This document shows, piece after piece, positions 19,289-29,745 of a stretch of 64,000 nt of DNA; within the stretch, counting starts at the first letter, position 1, and each line of letters begins with the position of its first letter. Both the position numbers and the translations under genes were made by a program. The stretch lies in assembly GCA_965261935.1 (NCBI GenBank), contig OZ253485.1:1573173-1637172 (forward strand), read 5' to 3'. The stretch comes from Dehalococcoidia bacterium (GTDB lineage: Bacteria; Chloroflexota; Dehalococcoidia; Lucifugimonadales; G963668185). Under the pieces are notes generated by a model that saw nothing but the letters and a program-made list of their open reading frames with translations, was not told the origin of the DNA and did not search any database.

Positions 19289-19520
19289 GGGCTGGTCCTA
19301 AAACGTCTTTTGATAGGATCTTGGCGTCCGCGTCAGCCTTGCGCTGACGAACCTCTGTCCAAGCTCATGCCCTCCTTCACAGCGCTTATGGCGAGGGAGG
19401 GGTGCGCTTACGAGGGCGTGTACACCATGAACTTGCCGCTTCAGATCCACTGCGCCCTTGGCTTGGGGCGAGACCTGCCGGCTTCACGGTAGTGGGTTGA
19501 GAACCTCACGATCGCCAGAA

Positions 19521-19656
19521 TCTGTCACATTCCGTAACTTTCTGTCACAGCGCATAGCTGAGGAGCACTGGCGCGCGTTACATTGGCCGGCATTTTTGCT
19601 ACCTGAATGGCACAGAAACGACACTGAATGGTGGAGAATGATACATTCTGTGACAT
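19521..19656 (-). repeat. Phased repeat array (copy 2, GTCACA variant)
   Basis: Minus-strand degenerate TGTCAC/TGTATC/TGTGCC/TGTAAC units about 10-11 bp apart; CAGCTATG at 19553-19560; inverted units at 19523, 19533, 19543. Confidence 0.7.
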
Positions 19657-19737
19657 GGCTAACGGGGAGCCTTGAGGCCGTGATGCGCGGGGAACGTCGG
19701 AGTTGCGCTGGCGCCGGGTAGTCAGATTCGCAGCGTT

Positions 19738-19775
19738 CATGCGTCCATAATAGCACACCAGTTCGCCAAGAGCAA
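19738..19775 (-). promoter_or_regulatory. Sigma70-type promoter with LexA-like box and leaderless start (element copy 2)
   Basis: Minus strand TTGCTC-17bp-TATTAT-6bp-ATGAAC, with CGAAC-TGGT-GTGC in the spacer. Confidence 0.65.
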
Positions 19776-19857
19776 GGGCGGCCTGCGAAAAGTCACTAGT
19801 GGCGCGAAATCTTTGAAATGAAGACCTACAGTTCTGTTGGCGCTACGCGCCAACGCT

Positions 19858-19920
19858 CCCTCACCCCTTCGGCAGGCTCAGTACAGGCTCTAACCCTGTG
19901 CCACAAAGGGGAGAAGGGAC
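19858..19920. repeat. CCCTCACC-type REP interrupted by a CCTTCGGCAGGCTCAG-type REP
   Basis: Matches the reverse complement of the 2071-2108 REP, with an extra CCTTCGGCAGGCTCAGTACAGG segment. Confidence 0.55.
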
Positions 19921-20144
19921 TTCGGCGGTGTTGTGCGCATCAAATGCAACTTGGTCATCCATCATTTCTATGATGTTGAACCACTAGAGAGTTGGCGAAA
20001 TCTACATCGCAGGGGAGTTGACGCGGCAGCCTACTTGCTGCCGCTTTTGGGCTTGGCGAGTATCTCCACTACGGGATGGAGAACGGCAGGGGCGGTGTCG
20101 GCCCCCGGCAGGCAGCTTCGCTGCAATGTGGGGGGAACGCCTGG

Positions 20145-20819
20145 CTAGGCGGTCTTTCTGAAGATGACCACGTTCTTGCGAGGGAATACGGGCTGCCATT
20201 TGTGCCGTTCAGCGATCCACTTCATCGTTCGTTCGTTATAGAAGCACAGATGTGTAGGGTCGCGGTGGTAGTACCAGTCTGGGAAGCGCGATGGGTCGTC
20301 CAGCATCGAGGTCATTACGCCGAGCCACCCGGGGGCCCGGAGTATGCGGTCCAGTAGGCGGAACTGGCGGCCGGGATCTCGAAAGTGTTCGGCCGTTTCA
20401 GTGCAAGTGATGAAGTCGAAACGCTCTTCGAGCACCGCCGGGTCCGGGAAGAAAATCGGGTCGTAGACGGTGACGCGGAAGCCCGCCTCGGCCATCATCT
20501 GCGCCAGCGCAGGGCCGGGGCCGGCGCCGAAGTCGAGGCCGTCGGAGCCGGGAACTAGAAGCGGTCTCATCTCGTCGAAGAGCCTGGACAGGAAGTTTCG
20601 GTAGCCGGGATCGGACGGGTCGTTGTTGTGCTGGAGGTAGCGCTCCCGTTCCTCGTCCGGGGTAGGGTGATAGAGCGGCGGGACGAACACGAACTCGCAG
20701 ACGCTGCATCGGAAGAACTCGCGCCGACCGGAGCGGTCCTCCCGAAGGTGGAAGGTCTGCGTGCTATCGGAGCAGCAGAGCGGGCATGGGTGCTCTGGTA
20801 TGCTGGGGCGGACTGTCAT
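20145..20819 (-). CDS. Class I SAM-dependent methyltransferase with N-terminal Zn finger
   Basis: CPLC...CSVC, LDFGAGPGP and WYYHRDPTH motifs. Confidence 0.9.
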   Translation of the reverse strand: MTVRPSIPEHPCPLCCSDSTQTFHLREDRSGRREFFRCSVCEFVFVPPLYHPTPDEERERYLQHNNDPSDPGYRNFLSRLFDEMRPLLVPGSDGLDFGAGPGPALAQMMAEAGFRVTVYDPIFFPDPAVLEERFDFITCTETAEHFRDPGRQFRLLDRILRAPGWLGVMTSMLDDPSRFPDWYYHRDPTHLCFYNERTMKWIAERHKWQPVFPRKNVVIFRKTA

Positions 20820-20841
20820 CAGATACGGAGAGTGTGCGCGA

Positions 20842-21018
20842 GTGGCTACGCCTGAGGATGTTCAGAAGGTGCTCAACAGCCTTTACGAGATTCAGGGCTG
20901 CGAGCAGTGCGGGACGAGGATACGGTTTGGAGACTTCGACTGTCCTCACTGCGGGGCGGCGCTTGACGACCTGTTGGAGGCGTGGGCCGAGCGCCTTGTG
21001 GATGCGTTGAGCGAGTGA
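20842..21018 (+). CDS. Small zinc-ribbon protein
   Basis: GTG start; CEQC...CPHC. Confidence 0.6.
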   Translation: MATPEDVQKVLNSLYEIQGCEQCGTRIRFGDFDCPHCGAALDDLLEAWAERLVDALSE

Positions 21019-21077
21019 CGGCGATCACGCCGCGGCGACACAGAGACGATTGCGTAACGCCGCTGTGCGGGTGAGGA

Positions 21078-21115
21078 CCCCATCCCAGCCTTCCCCAGCA
21101 GACTGGGGAAGGGGC
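21078..21115. repeat. REP-like palindrome between convergent genes
   Basis: CCCATCCCAGCCTTCCCCAG-CAGA-CTGGGGAAGGGG. Confidence 0.6.
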
Positions 21116-21165
21116 CAGAAGCCCGCCTTCCTTATGTGGAAGCGAAGGTTGTTTCAATGGTCTTG

Positions 21166-22032
21166 TCACAGGCTGACGGTTTCGGGGATGCGATCCATGG
21201 CGAAGTACTCGTGCTCGATCCTGTCCCTGTATACCTTCACGACGCGAACGCCCGAGGGATCGTTGCCGAGAGGGCAGCCCACGGAGCCGGTCGATACGAG
21301 TTGGATATCGCCGTAGCGGGCGACGTGATTGCGGTGAAGGTGGCCGCTGATCGAAAGGCTCACGCCGTACTCTTCGAAGATGTCTAGCAAGACGCGCCTG
21401 CGCTCGCCCGGAATCACCATCCAATCGTCCGCCTCCAGGGAGTGTTTGACGAAGAGGGGATGATGATGGAGCACGACGAGGTGGGCCGCGCCGTTCGCTC
21501 GTCCTTCGGCCAGAGCCTCTCGCAGGAAGGCCTCCTGCGACACGAGTTCGTCCGGAACCTCGGAGGGATCGAACCAAACGCTGCTGTTAAAGACGACGAA
21601 CCGGGAGCCTTTGTGGTCGAAGTAGTAGTTGTCGGCCCCGAACCGCGATCTGTATTCCTCGATCGACTGGTGTGTGGGGGTGAGCTCACAGTCGTGATTG
21701 CCGGCGACCCAGCGCATGGGGATGCGGGCGTCGAGATTCGCGGTGACCCGGAAGAGGGCATCAAGCTGGGTGGGATCGTTCGAATCGTTGACCAGGTCTC
21801 CGCAAATGGTGGCGAAGTCTGGCCTGAGCCGGTTGGCGGCGGCTATGGCCTTCTCGTACAGCGCGCACTCCATCTCTACGCCTGTGGCGCCTGCCGCCTC
21901 GGGTGGGGCCTCCATGCCCCGGAGCTTGGAGTGTTCGAGGGACCCGGCGTCACGGGCGGCCATGTACTCGAACATGCCGAACTGTGTGTCGGCCATGGCG
22001 AGTAACCAGAAATCTTCATGCTGTGTGGTCAA
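21166..22032 (-). CDS. Calcineurin-like metallophosphoesterase (CPPED1-like)
   Basis: DTQ, GDLVN, GNHD, HHP and GHLH motifs. Likely TTG start at 22032 after GGAG. Confidence 0.9.
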   Translation of the reverse strand: MTTQHEDFWLLAMADTQFGMFEYMAARDAGSLEHSKLRGMEAPPEAAGATGVEMECALYEKAIAAANRLRPDFATICGDLVNDSNDPTQLDALFRVTANLDARIPMRWVAGNHDCELTPTHQSIEEYRSRFGADNYYFDHKGSRFVVFNSSVWFDPSEVPDELVSQEAFLREALAEGRANGAAHLVVLHHHPLFVKHSLEADDWMVIPGERRRVLLDIFEEYGVSLSISGHLHRNHVARYGDIQLVSTGSVGCPLGNDPSGVRVVKVYRDRIEHEYFAMDRIPETVSL

Positions 22033-22119
22033 ACTTACTCCCGGAGTGGTTGGGTCCATCGAGTCTGGACTGGAGTGTAAGGTTCCATCCGTGTGCCAGT
22101 CAAACCGGCTGCCTTCCGG

Positions 22120-23554
22120 GTAACAGTTCACGTTTGGTGAGTTGAGAGGTGGAAACGGTGTAGGTAGACCGCTAGCACATGTGGCGGTGGTTGTGTCGTA
22201 TAACAGGTGTGGACACCGAAGTTGATCTGAGAGACGCCAGTCGAGAGGAGTTGCTGGGGATCATTGCCCGCCAGCAGGCTCTCATCGCCGAGTTGCAGCG
22301 CGGTGTGGAGGAGTTGGAAGGGCGATTGACCGCAGGCAGTCGGCCGCGAGGGATGCCCGGCAACAAGATCGCCGCAAGGCGCAGTGGCTGTGGGGACAGC
22401 AAGCCGAGCAAGCCCAGGTCCCGGGGTTTCGGGCGCCCTCGCATGGAGCCGACCGAACGTGTGGAGCACTCGTTGGAGGCCTGCCCCGATTGCGGGACAC
22501 TCCTGGATGGGGGATGGACACACCGGACACGGGAGGTGATCGAGATCCCCGAATCGGCGGCGCGAGTAACAGAGCACGTGGTGATCGCACGCAACTGTCC
22601 GGTGTGCAGCAAGCGGCGGTTGCCGAGGCTGGAGTTGGGCGGCGTGACGCTGGGGCGTCAGCGGCTGGGCATCAACCTGATGAGCTTGGTGGTGACGCTC
22701 AGAGAACGGGCCAGGCTGCCGATACGTACGATCCAGTGGTACCTGCGGACGGTTCACGGGTTGGAGTTGAGCGTAGGTGGGATAGTGAGAGTGATCCACA
22801 GAGCGTCCGAGGCGGCGCGACGGTCTGTAGCCGAGGTGGTGGGCCGTATCCGTGCCAGCCCAGTGGTCTTCGCCGATGAGACCGGCTGGCGACAGGAGGG
22901 TGTGAACGGGTTCGTCTGGACGTTCAGCACCCCGGACGAGAGATACTTCGTGAGGCGTAACCGAAGCGGGCAGGTGGTCGACGAGGTCTTGGGAGATGAG
23001 TTCGGTGGGGTGCTGGTCAGCGACTTCTACGCCGCCTACAACCATTACTCAGGACTCAAGCAGCGGTGCTGGGCGCACCTTCTGCGTGACATCCATGACC
23101 TCAGGGTGATGCACCCCGACGATGAGGGCTTGGCGCTCTGGACGTCTGCGGTAGAGGGCGTTTACAGCGAGGCGAGGGAGTTCAGCCATGCCGGCGCTCG
23201 GAAGCACAGTGCGGCCCAGCGGCGGTTGGAACACAAGCTGCTGGCACTGTGCCGTCCACATGTCGACGACGCGTCTGCGGTGCAACGCCAGTTGTGCCGG
23301 CAGATCGAGCGGTTCATCAAGGAATTGTTCGTGTTCGTTGCAGAGCCGCATGTGCCATCGGACAACAACGCTGCGGAACGGAGCCTGAGACACTTGGTGG
23401 TCAGCCGCAAGATCAGCGGCGGGACCCGCTCAACCCGTGGTACCGAAAGCAAAATGACCCTCGCCTCGCTTTTCGGCACCTGGCATGCACAGGAAGTAAA
23501 CCCACTGGTCGCCTGCCGCTAAATTCTCGCCTCTCATCAACTCTGAACAGTTAC
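22120..23554 (+). mobile_element. IS66-family insertion sequence (single-ORF, ISBst12-like)
   Basis: IRL GTAACAGTTCAC...TTGGTGAG; IRR (reverse complement) GTAACTGTTCAG...TTGATGAG; encloses an IS66 transposase. Confidence 0.9.
22179..23522 (+). CDS. IS66 transposase (TnpC)
   Basis: Coiled coil, CPDC...CPVC Zn finger, ADETGW, VSDFY, QRCWAH and DNNAAERSLR motifs. Confidence 0.95.
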   Translation: MWRWLCRITGVDTEVDLRDASREELLGIIARQQALIAELQRGVEELEGRLTAGSRPRGMPGNKIAARRSGCGDSKPSKPRSRGFGRPRMEPTERVEHSLEACPDCGTLLDGGWTHRTREVIEIPESAARVTEHVVIARNCPVCSKRRLPRLELGGVTLGRQRLGINLMSLVVTLRERARLPIRTIQWYLRTVHGLELSVGGIVRVIHRASEAARRSVAEVVGRIRASPVVFADETGWRQEGVNGFVWTFSTPDERYFVRRNRSGQVVDEVLGDEFGGVLVSDFYAAYNHYSGLKQRCWAHLLRDIHDLRVMHPDDEGLALWTSAVEGVYSEAREFSHAGARKHSAAQRRLEHKLLALCRPHVDDASAVQRQLCRQIERFIKELFVFVAEPHVPSDNNAAERSLRHLVVSRKISGGTRSTRGTESKMTLASLFGTWHAQEVNPLVACR

Positions 23555-23661
23555 AGTATTCCCCCTGTATTTGACGGGTTCGGGAATGGAGAGTAGGCTG
23601 GCGCCCAACTGTACGTGAACCGGTCTCGGACTTAAGAAGGAAGTAGGTAAAGTAGGTAAAC

Positions 23662-25623
23662 ATGAAGCTAAGCAAGCTATGGATGGCAGGTGTTCTGACG
23701 ATTGTCGTTGTTGCTGTGGCCATGGTTGCTGTGGCGTGTGGCAGTGCGGAGCCTGAGCCGGCGCAGCCTTCGATGACCGCTGACGACATCGCTGCTGCGG
23801 TGCGGTCCGCGGTCTCGGAGTCGCAGATGTCGGAGGAAGACCTCGCGGGCATGATGTCCGACCAGATCGCCGATCAGGTGGCTGCAATGGCGGCAGCAAA
23901 CCCCGGCCTGAGCGCCGAGGAAGTGAACGCGATGATCATGGGAGCCGTCGCGGACTCGAGCGCCATGCTGGCCGATCAGTTGGCCATGATGGGCGACGAG
24001 GCGATGTCCGACGAAGAGATGATGGCTATGATGGAGGAAGCGATCACCAGCGCCGTGGATGAGGCGGTGATGATGGCGATGCCCGAGGAGGCGCCGGAAG
24101 AAGAGATGATGATGGAGCCGGGCATGTCCGGTCCGCAGCATGGCGGGACGCTGAGCGTTGCCGTTTCGGGTTTCAAGAACTTTGACCCGGACCTGATGGG
24201 AGTGGGCGCCGGCGGCGGCACGTTCTACTATCAAAATGCGTTTGACGGGTTAATTGAGGTGGGTCCAGACGCGAAGTTGGTCAACAAGACGATCGAGTCC
24301 TGGGAGGCCAATAGCGACCTGAGCGTGTACACGATGAAGGTGCGGTCCGGCATGACGTTCCAAGACGGTGAGGCCGTTGAGGCAGAGGACATCAAGTACA
24401 CGATCGACAGGATGCTCGACCCGGAGAGTTCGGCTCCTGTGAAGGCCTTACTGTCGTATCTGGAGTCTATCGAGGCGCCTGACGCCGGGACGCTGGTGTT
24501 CAACCTGAAAGGCTCAAACACGGAGTTCCCGCGCGACCTGTCCGACTACCATCTGAGGGTGCTGCCGTCGCACGTGGACTTCAGCAAGATCGCCGACGGC
24601 AGTATCGGCGGTTCCGGCCCGTTCGTAAAGGTAAGCCACAACTCTGCCGAGAAGACGGTGTATGTGCGCAACTCCAACTATTGGGAAGGCGATAAGCCGT
24701 ACTTCGACCAGCTGGTGCTCTACTACATGCCGGAGATCACGACGAGGATTGAGTCCCTGAGGGCCGGCGCACTCGACTATGGAGAACTCGAGGACCTGTC
24801 CCAGGTCCGGTGGTTCGAAGACCACGACAGGATCAATGTGAGGCAGATACCCACGGCGCAGATCCGCAACATAACGATGGACAACCGTGAGCCTGGGATG
24901 TACATCCGACCTGGCAGCAAGGACGAGACCGACCTGATCGAGGGCGGGAGCGTGTTCCACGACAAGAACCTGCGTAAGGCGGTCCAGTGGGCCTACGACC
25001 GGGAGTTCGTGCGCGAGGCGACGTTCTTCGGGTATGGATTTACAGCCAGCGACCATCCTGTGGGGCTGCAGGACCAGTACTACCTGGAGGGGCAGACTCA
25101 AATCGACCAGGACATCGACAAGGCGAAGGAGTACCTGGCGGCGGCCGGATACGAGGACGGCATAGACTTAACACTCAATACGTTTGAGCTTGCTAACCTG
25201 CTGAACATGGCCCTGGCCTTCAAGGAGAGCGCGTCTCTGGCCGGCATCAACGTCGAGGTCGTGAACCATCCTTCGGAAAGCTTCTCGGAGGTGTGGCTAT
25301 TGGAGCCGTTCGTTACAGTCAGGTGGGGTGGCCGTCCGGCGAGCCAGGCGCTCTCGCTGCCGCTTAGAAGCACCAGCGACTGGAACGAGTCTCACTGGAA
25401 CAACCCCCGGTACGATGAGTTGCTGGACCTTGCGCTGACGGAGTTGAACTTCCAGAAGAGGAAGGACTACTACGCTGAGTTACAGGGGATCCTGATCGAG
25501 GAAGTACCTACGACGTACGCTATGTACTCGTCGAATGTCGGCGTGCACTGGAATCACGTGTTCGGCGTGACACTCCATCCATATGTCCATGTCTTCTACC
25601 AGGACTGGTGGATCGAGAAATAG
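23662..25623 (+). CDS. ABC transporter family-5 substrate-binding lipoprotein with Met/Ala/Glu-rich linker
   Basis: Lipobox VAC, GGTL, GSGPF and NYW.GDKPY.D motifs. Confidence 0.93.
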   Translation: MKLSKLWMAGVLTIVVVAVAMVAVACGSAEPEPAQPSMTADDIAAAVRSAVSESQMSEEDLAGMMSDQIADQVAAMAAANPGLSAEEVNAMIMGAVADSSAMLADQLAMMGDEAMSDEEMMAMMEEAITSAVDEAVMMAMPEEAPEEEMMMEPGMSGPQHGGTLSVAVSGFKNFDPDLMGVGAGGGTFYYQNAFDGLIEVGPDAKLVNKTIESWEANSDLSVYTMKVRSGMTFQDGEAVEAEDIKYTIDRMLDPESSAPVKALLSYLESIEAPDAGTLVFNLKGSNTEFPRDLSDYHLRVLPSHVDFSKIADGSIGGSGPFVKVSHNSAEKTVYVRNSNYWEGDKPYFDQLVLYYMPEITTRIESLRAGALDYGELEDLSQVRWFEDHDRINVRQIPTAQIRNITMDNREPGMYIRPGSKDETDLIEGGSVFHDKNLRKAVQWAYDREFVREATFFGYGFTASDHPVGLQDQYYLEGQTQIDQDIDKAKEYLAAAGYEDGIDLTLNTFELANLLNMALAFKESASLAGINVEVVNHPSESFSEVWLLEPFVTVRWGGRPASQALSLPLRSTSDWNESHWNNPRYDELLDLALTELNFQKRKDYYAELQGILIEEVPTTYAMYSSNVGVHWNHVFGVTLHPYVHVFYQDWWIEK

Positions 25624-25675
25624 GGACGGGGTTCGTTTGCTGATCTGAACGCAAGCTGAAAAGAGCGTTCCATTT

Positions 25676-25716
25676 GGCAGGGGGCTGCGCAATCGCGCGG
25701 CCCCCTGTCTCTTTCA
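25676..25716 (+). terminator. Intrinsic terminator
   Basis: GGCAGGGGGCTGCGC-AATC-GCGCGGCCCCCTGTC followed by TCTTTC. Confidence 0.75.
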
Positions 25717-25869
25717 GTCTGCAGACGCGAATAAGCTACGCCGCCAGGTTGAGCTAGCCACTGGCGGCCGTAAGCCTGGGCCTTCTTGCTTCGTTCTGAC
25801 TACGCTCGATCGACATCCGCGCTCCTTCTGAGACGGTGCCGGTGGGCAATGCAGGAATCGCCTCTTATG

Positions 25870-26000
25870 GTCATTCTGAGGAGCGCAGCGGCGAAGAATC
25901 TACGACTCCTGGCACGCACACGCCGCGATATCGAAGAGTGGACCGCTCCAATGGGTACGGTCTCAGATTCCTCTCTCCGCTTCGCTGCGATCGGAATGAC
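25870..26000. repeat. GTCATTC...GAATGAC REP doublet
   Basis: GTCATTCTGAGGAGCGCAGCGGCGAAGAATCT and AGATTCC...CGCTTCGCTGCGATCGGAATGAC. Confidence 0.7.
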
Positions 26001-26029
26001 AGTTCGGGGGAAGAGCCGCACGATTCAGT

Positions 26030-26050
26030 TCATCAAGTCTGAACAGCTAC
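26030..26050. mobile_element. Orphan IS66-like right inverted repeat
   Basis: TCATCAAGTCTGAACAGCTAC versus IS66 IRR TCATCAACTCTGAACAGTTAC (19/21 identical). Confidence 0.75.
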
Positions 26051-26261
26051 CCTTGCGGTAATCCGAATGGGGTTTGTTGGCGTATCAGTAGTTGGAGCGC
26101 GGTGCTTTAGATGATTTGCGCCCGTCGAACATGGCGGTGCACGGCTACAGATCGGGATGCGTTTGGACTGAACGCCCGCATTATTGGTCGCCGACCGGTT
26201 AAACTTTCCGGGCCCGATTGAAGGGCAGCATCCCGCTGCGCTCGCGCAGCCGTTCTGAAGG

Positions 26262-28376
26262 ATGGTCATGCGAATTTTCGGCATTGGCTCTACCCCGGAC
26301 GTAGCTAAGCTTCGTGCGGACAACAACGTCAAAGGGCTCGTGAAAGCGCTCCGGAACAAACGTGATCCGTCGGTGTGTATCGCGGCTGCGGAGTCGCTGG
26401 GAGAGATGGCGGACAGTACAGCGGTAGCGCCGCTGTTCTCTGCGCTGAACGGCGACGATGACGGGGTCCGGGCCGCGGCGGCGGATGCGCTGGGGAAGAT
26501 CGGAGAGACCGGGGTGGGGCGCATGATTGAGGGCATGAGCGACGCGGACGTGCGGTTGCGCAGGACCTCTGCGTGGGGGCTCGCTCACGTCGGCGCGAGG
26601 TCGGTGCCGGCGCTCATGGAGGTGTTCTACGGCCCCGGTGACTCTATGCGCAACGCGGCTGCTTCGACGCTGGCACGAATCGGCGAGCCGTCCGTCCAGG
26701 CGCTGCTGCCAGCGTTAAGAGAGGACAGGTGGCAGCTATGCGAGGCCGCCGCACGTGTGCTGGGACAAGTGGGCGGCGAGGCCGCGGTGCCGGAGCTGAT
26801 CGAAGCGCTGGGCCACCCTAACCGCAACGTTCGGGAAGCGGCGGGCGACGCGCTGCATAGCATTGGCGAGCCCGCGGTGCGAGCGTTGAAGGAGACTCTG
26901 TCGTCGGAGGAGCCGGACTCACGGAGGCTGGCCGCGACGGCGCTGGGGAAAATCGGAGCCGAGGACGCGACAGACGCGCTGGCCGCGGTTCTGTCGGACG
27001 AGGACTGGAGCGTGAGGCGGGCCGCGGCGTCGGCACTAGGAGCGATCGGCGGGGCCCAAATTCGGCCAGAGGCGGCCCGCGCGCTGGAGAGGGCGCTGAA
27101 CGACACAGACTCGGACGTCAAGGAGGCGGCCGCGTTGGCGTTGGGGAAAATAGGAGACGCTCATGCTACGGACTCGCTCCTGCGGGGCCTAAAGGACGAT
27201 GAGGAGCGGTCACGGTTGAGCGCGGCGTTGGCGCTCGCGCAGATAGGTGAACCGACTATCGAACCTCTGATAGCAGCGTTGGAGTCAAGCAGCGAATCCG
27301 AGCGCGGTGCGGCAGCGTTCGCCCTGGCGGGAGTCGGGATCCCGGCGGCCGACCGGCTTGTCTCGCACCTAGACAGCGGCGCGAGACTTGGCCGTGACAG
27401 CGCGGCGTGGGCGCTGGGACAGATGGGTGCGGCCGACGCGGTTCACCGTCTGATCGTGCATACGGCGGACGAAGACCTAAGGGTGGCGGACGGTGCGCTG
27501 TCGGCACTGGTGACGGTGAGCGATGCGGCGACAGACGCGCTGGTCATGGCTCTCCAAACAGGCGACAAGGATGTACGACCTGGCGCAGCGCAAGCGCTGG
27601 GCCGCATCGGGGCCACTGAAGCCGAGACTCCACTGTTAGATGTGATCGGGGACGAAGATCCGAAACTCCGAGCAGCGTCAGCGGACGCGCTAGGACGCCT
27701 TGGTTCACGGAAAGCTGGGCCGGCGCTGGCCACCGCTCTGCAGGACTCGGATGCCAGCGTGCGCCGCGCAGCTTCGTCCGCGTTGGGCCAGACACCCGAC
27801 GCTCGGTACGCCGAGGGACTGGCTGAATTGCTTGCCGACAACAACTTCATGGTCCGTTCGGCAGCAGCAGCTTCACTGGCCAGGATAGGCCCGGATGCGA
27901 TCGATGCAGTGTTGCCCGCGGCCGCGCACGCAAACAGGGGCGCGCGGATAGCAGCGGGCACAGCTCTCGGTCGAATGGGTAGTGCGGCGCTGGAGGCGGC
28001 GCTGGAACTGATGGCGCGTCCCGACAGTGAGTCGCAGGAGGCGGCGGCCACGGCGCTCGGACTGATAGGAGATGAGCGGGCAATAGACATGCTGATTGCA
28101 GGACTGCGCTCGTCTGACGAGAACGTTCGGGAGGCGTCCTCGATCGCCCTAGGGAGCATCGGAAGCCCGGCGGTCGATCCGCTGGCCGAGATGATGGAGG
28201 ATGTGTACTGGGACGTAAGAGCAGCGGCAGTCTGGGCGCTTTCTCTGACCGGCGACAGGCGGGCGTTGGACCCGATATCCGAAGCCCTCAAGGACCCGGA
28301 GAGGCCGGTGAGGGAGGCCGCGCAGGAGGCGATCGAACGAATGGAAGACGCCCGAAGAGAGGCCGGGGACGCATGA
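26262..28376 (+). CDS. HEAT/PBS-lyase repeat protein
   Basis: About 20 repeats of the pattern L.D....VR.AAA.ALG.IG. Confidence 0.95.
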   Translation: MVMRIFGIGSTPDVAKLRADNNVKGLVKALRNKRDPSVCIAAAESLGEMADSTAVAPLFSALNGDDDGVRAAAADALGKIGETGVGRMIEGMSDADVRLRRTSAWGLAHVGARSVPALMEVFYGPGDSMRNAAASTLARIGEPSVQALLPALREDRWQLCEAAARVLGQVGGEAAVPELIEALGHPNRNVREAAGDALHSIGEPAVRALKETLSSEEPDSRRLAATALGKIGAEDATDALAAVLSDEDWSVRRAAASALGAIGGAQIRPEAARALERALNDTDSDVKEAAALALGKIGDAHATDSLLRGLKDDEERSRLSAALALAQIGEPTIEPLIAALESSSESERGAAAFALAGVGIPAADRLVSHLDSGARLGRDSAAWALGQMGAADAVHRLIVHTADEDLRVADGALSALVTVSDAATDALVMALQTGDKDVRPGAAQALGRIGATEAETPLLDVIGDEDPKLRAASADALGRLGSRKAGPALATALQDSDASVRRAASSALGQTPDARYAEGLAELLADNNFMVRSAAAASLARIGPDAIDAVLPAAAHANRGARIAAGTALGRMGSAALEAALELMARPDSESQEAAATALGLIGDERAIDMLIAGLRSSDENVREASSIALGSIGSPAVDPLAEMMEDVYWDVRAAAVWALSLTGDRRALDPISEALKDPERPVREAAQEAIERMEDARREAGDA

Positions 28377-29710
28377 GCGACGGCGTGAGCACTTCCCGCC
28401 TCGGGGCATTGGGAAACGGCGGCTTCAGAGCCGTTCCAGTGAGTTCGCACCCCGAACGAGGTAGGGACGCGCTTGGCGACTACCTAGACGAGATCGGACG
28501 CCATCGGCTGCTCACAGCCGACGAGGAGCTCACGCTGGGAATGGCGGTGCAGTCGGGTCAGCGCCTGGAAGAGGTGCGTCGTGCCTACGAGGACATGCAT
28601 CTAGTGCAGCCGAAGCCGCTGGCGTTGGGTGTGGCAGTGTTCGAGCGGCTACTAGCCCTTGCCGATCATCTCACTGAGGTGGCAAAGGCGGCAGGCGAGA
28701 CAGCGGCCCCCACGGCGGTGCATGCGCTGGTAATGCTCCCGCGGATGAAGGATGTACTGGAGCGAGTGCCACCACCGGAGGTAGTTGAGAAGGCGGCATC
28801 GGCGTGCGGCTGCACGAGAGACGATGTGCTTAAAGACGTTATGGCCGCCTCCAGTTTGTGCAGGCTTTTGCCTGTGGATACGCTCGAAGACCTGGCTACG
28901 CGCAGCCACAGCGCGAAGGCTACAGGCGATGAAGCTCGAAGCCTGACCGCAGTGCTTCTCAGGGACCGCTGCGAGCGGGTCGAGCGCGAGTGGCGGGAAG
29001 CCACGGAGGTCCTGACCAGCAGCAACCTGCGCCTAGTCTCCAGCATTGCTCGCAAGTTCTCCAACCTGGGCGTGCCGTTTTTGGACCTAGCACAGGAGGG
29101 CAATCTAGGCTTGATTAGGGCAGTTCAGAAGTTCCAGCCGCAGCGGGGGTTCAAGTTTAGTACGTACGCCACATGGTGGATCAGGCAGGCTGTGACACGG
29201 GCGCTGGCTCGACAGGCGCGGACGATCAGGCTTCCGCTTCACGTTGTGGAGCGCGTGCAGCGGCTCAACAAGGCGGAGCGCGAGCTGGCGAAGGAGTTGG
29301 ACCGGGAGCCGACACGAGAGGAGGTGGCGGCCGAGTTAGGTTGGACCATAAAGGAACTTGAGCAGCTCCTGGAGCAACGACGGCACACTGTGTCGCTACA
29401 TGCTCCGGTCGGGAGTGAGAACGCTACGCTACAAGACTTCGTGCAGAACCTTTCGGAACTAGCCCCGGACGAACTTGCTGTGCAGGTGGCTTTGAGGGAG
29501 GATGTGGTGAACGCGCTCAAAGAACTTCCTGAGCGTCACCGCATGGTGCTAGAGCTGCGCTTCGGCATGAGTGACGGCAGACCGCGAACTCTCGAAGAGA
29601 TAGGCCGGGGCCTGGACCTCACCAGGGAGCGCATCCGTCAGATCGAGAGAGAAGCACTCACGAAGCTCCGTGGAATCGAGGGACTGGCGGGACTGCTCGA
29701 TCCGGTGTAA
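28373..29710 (+). CDS. Sigma-70 family (RpoD/RpoS-like) sigma factor lacking region 1.1
   Basis: [37 protein letters not shown] and [16 protein letters not shown] motifs. Confidence 0.95.
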   Translation: MSDGVSTSRLGALGNGGFRAVPVSSHPERGRDALGDYLDEIGRHRLLTADEELTLGMAVQSGQRLEEVRRAYEDMHLVQPKPLALGVAVFERLLALADHLTEVAKAAGETAAPTAVHALVMLPRMKDVLERVPPPEVVEKAASACGCTRDDVLKDVMAASSLCRLLPVDTLEDLATRSHSAKATGDEARSLTAVLLRDRCERVEREWREATEVLTSSNLRLVSSIARKFSNLGVPFLDLAQEGNLGLIRAVQKFQPQRGFKFSTYATWWIRQAVTRALARQARTIRLPLHVVERVQRLNKAERELAKELDREPTREEVAAELGWTIKELEQLLEQRRHTVSLHAPVGSENATLQDFVQNLSELAPDELAVQVALREDVVNALKELPERHRMVLELRFGMSDGRPRTLEEIGRGLDLTRERIRQIEREALTKLRGIEGLAGLLDPV

Positions 29711-29745
29711 CTGCGCTGAAGAACTGGACAGCGCAGACGGCTTCC

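Noticed and set aside
27443-28450. Long antisense ORFs (this one, 7438-8457, 31755-32948, 52313-53284 and similar)
   Set aside because: Shadow frames of well-supported genes in GC-rich DNA.
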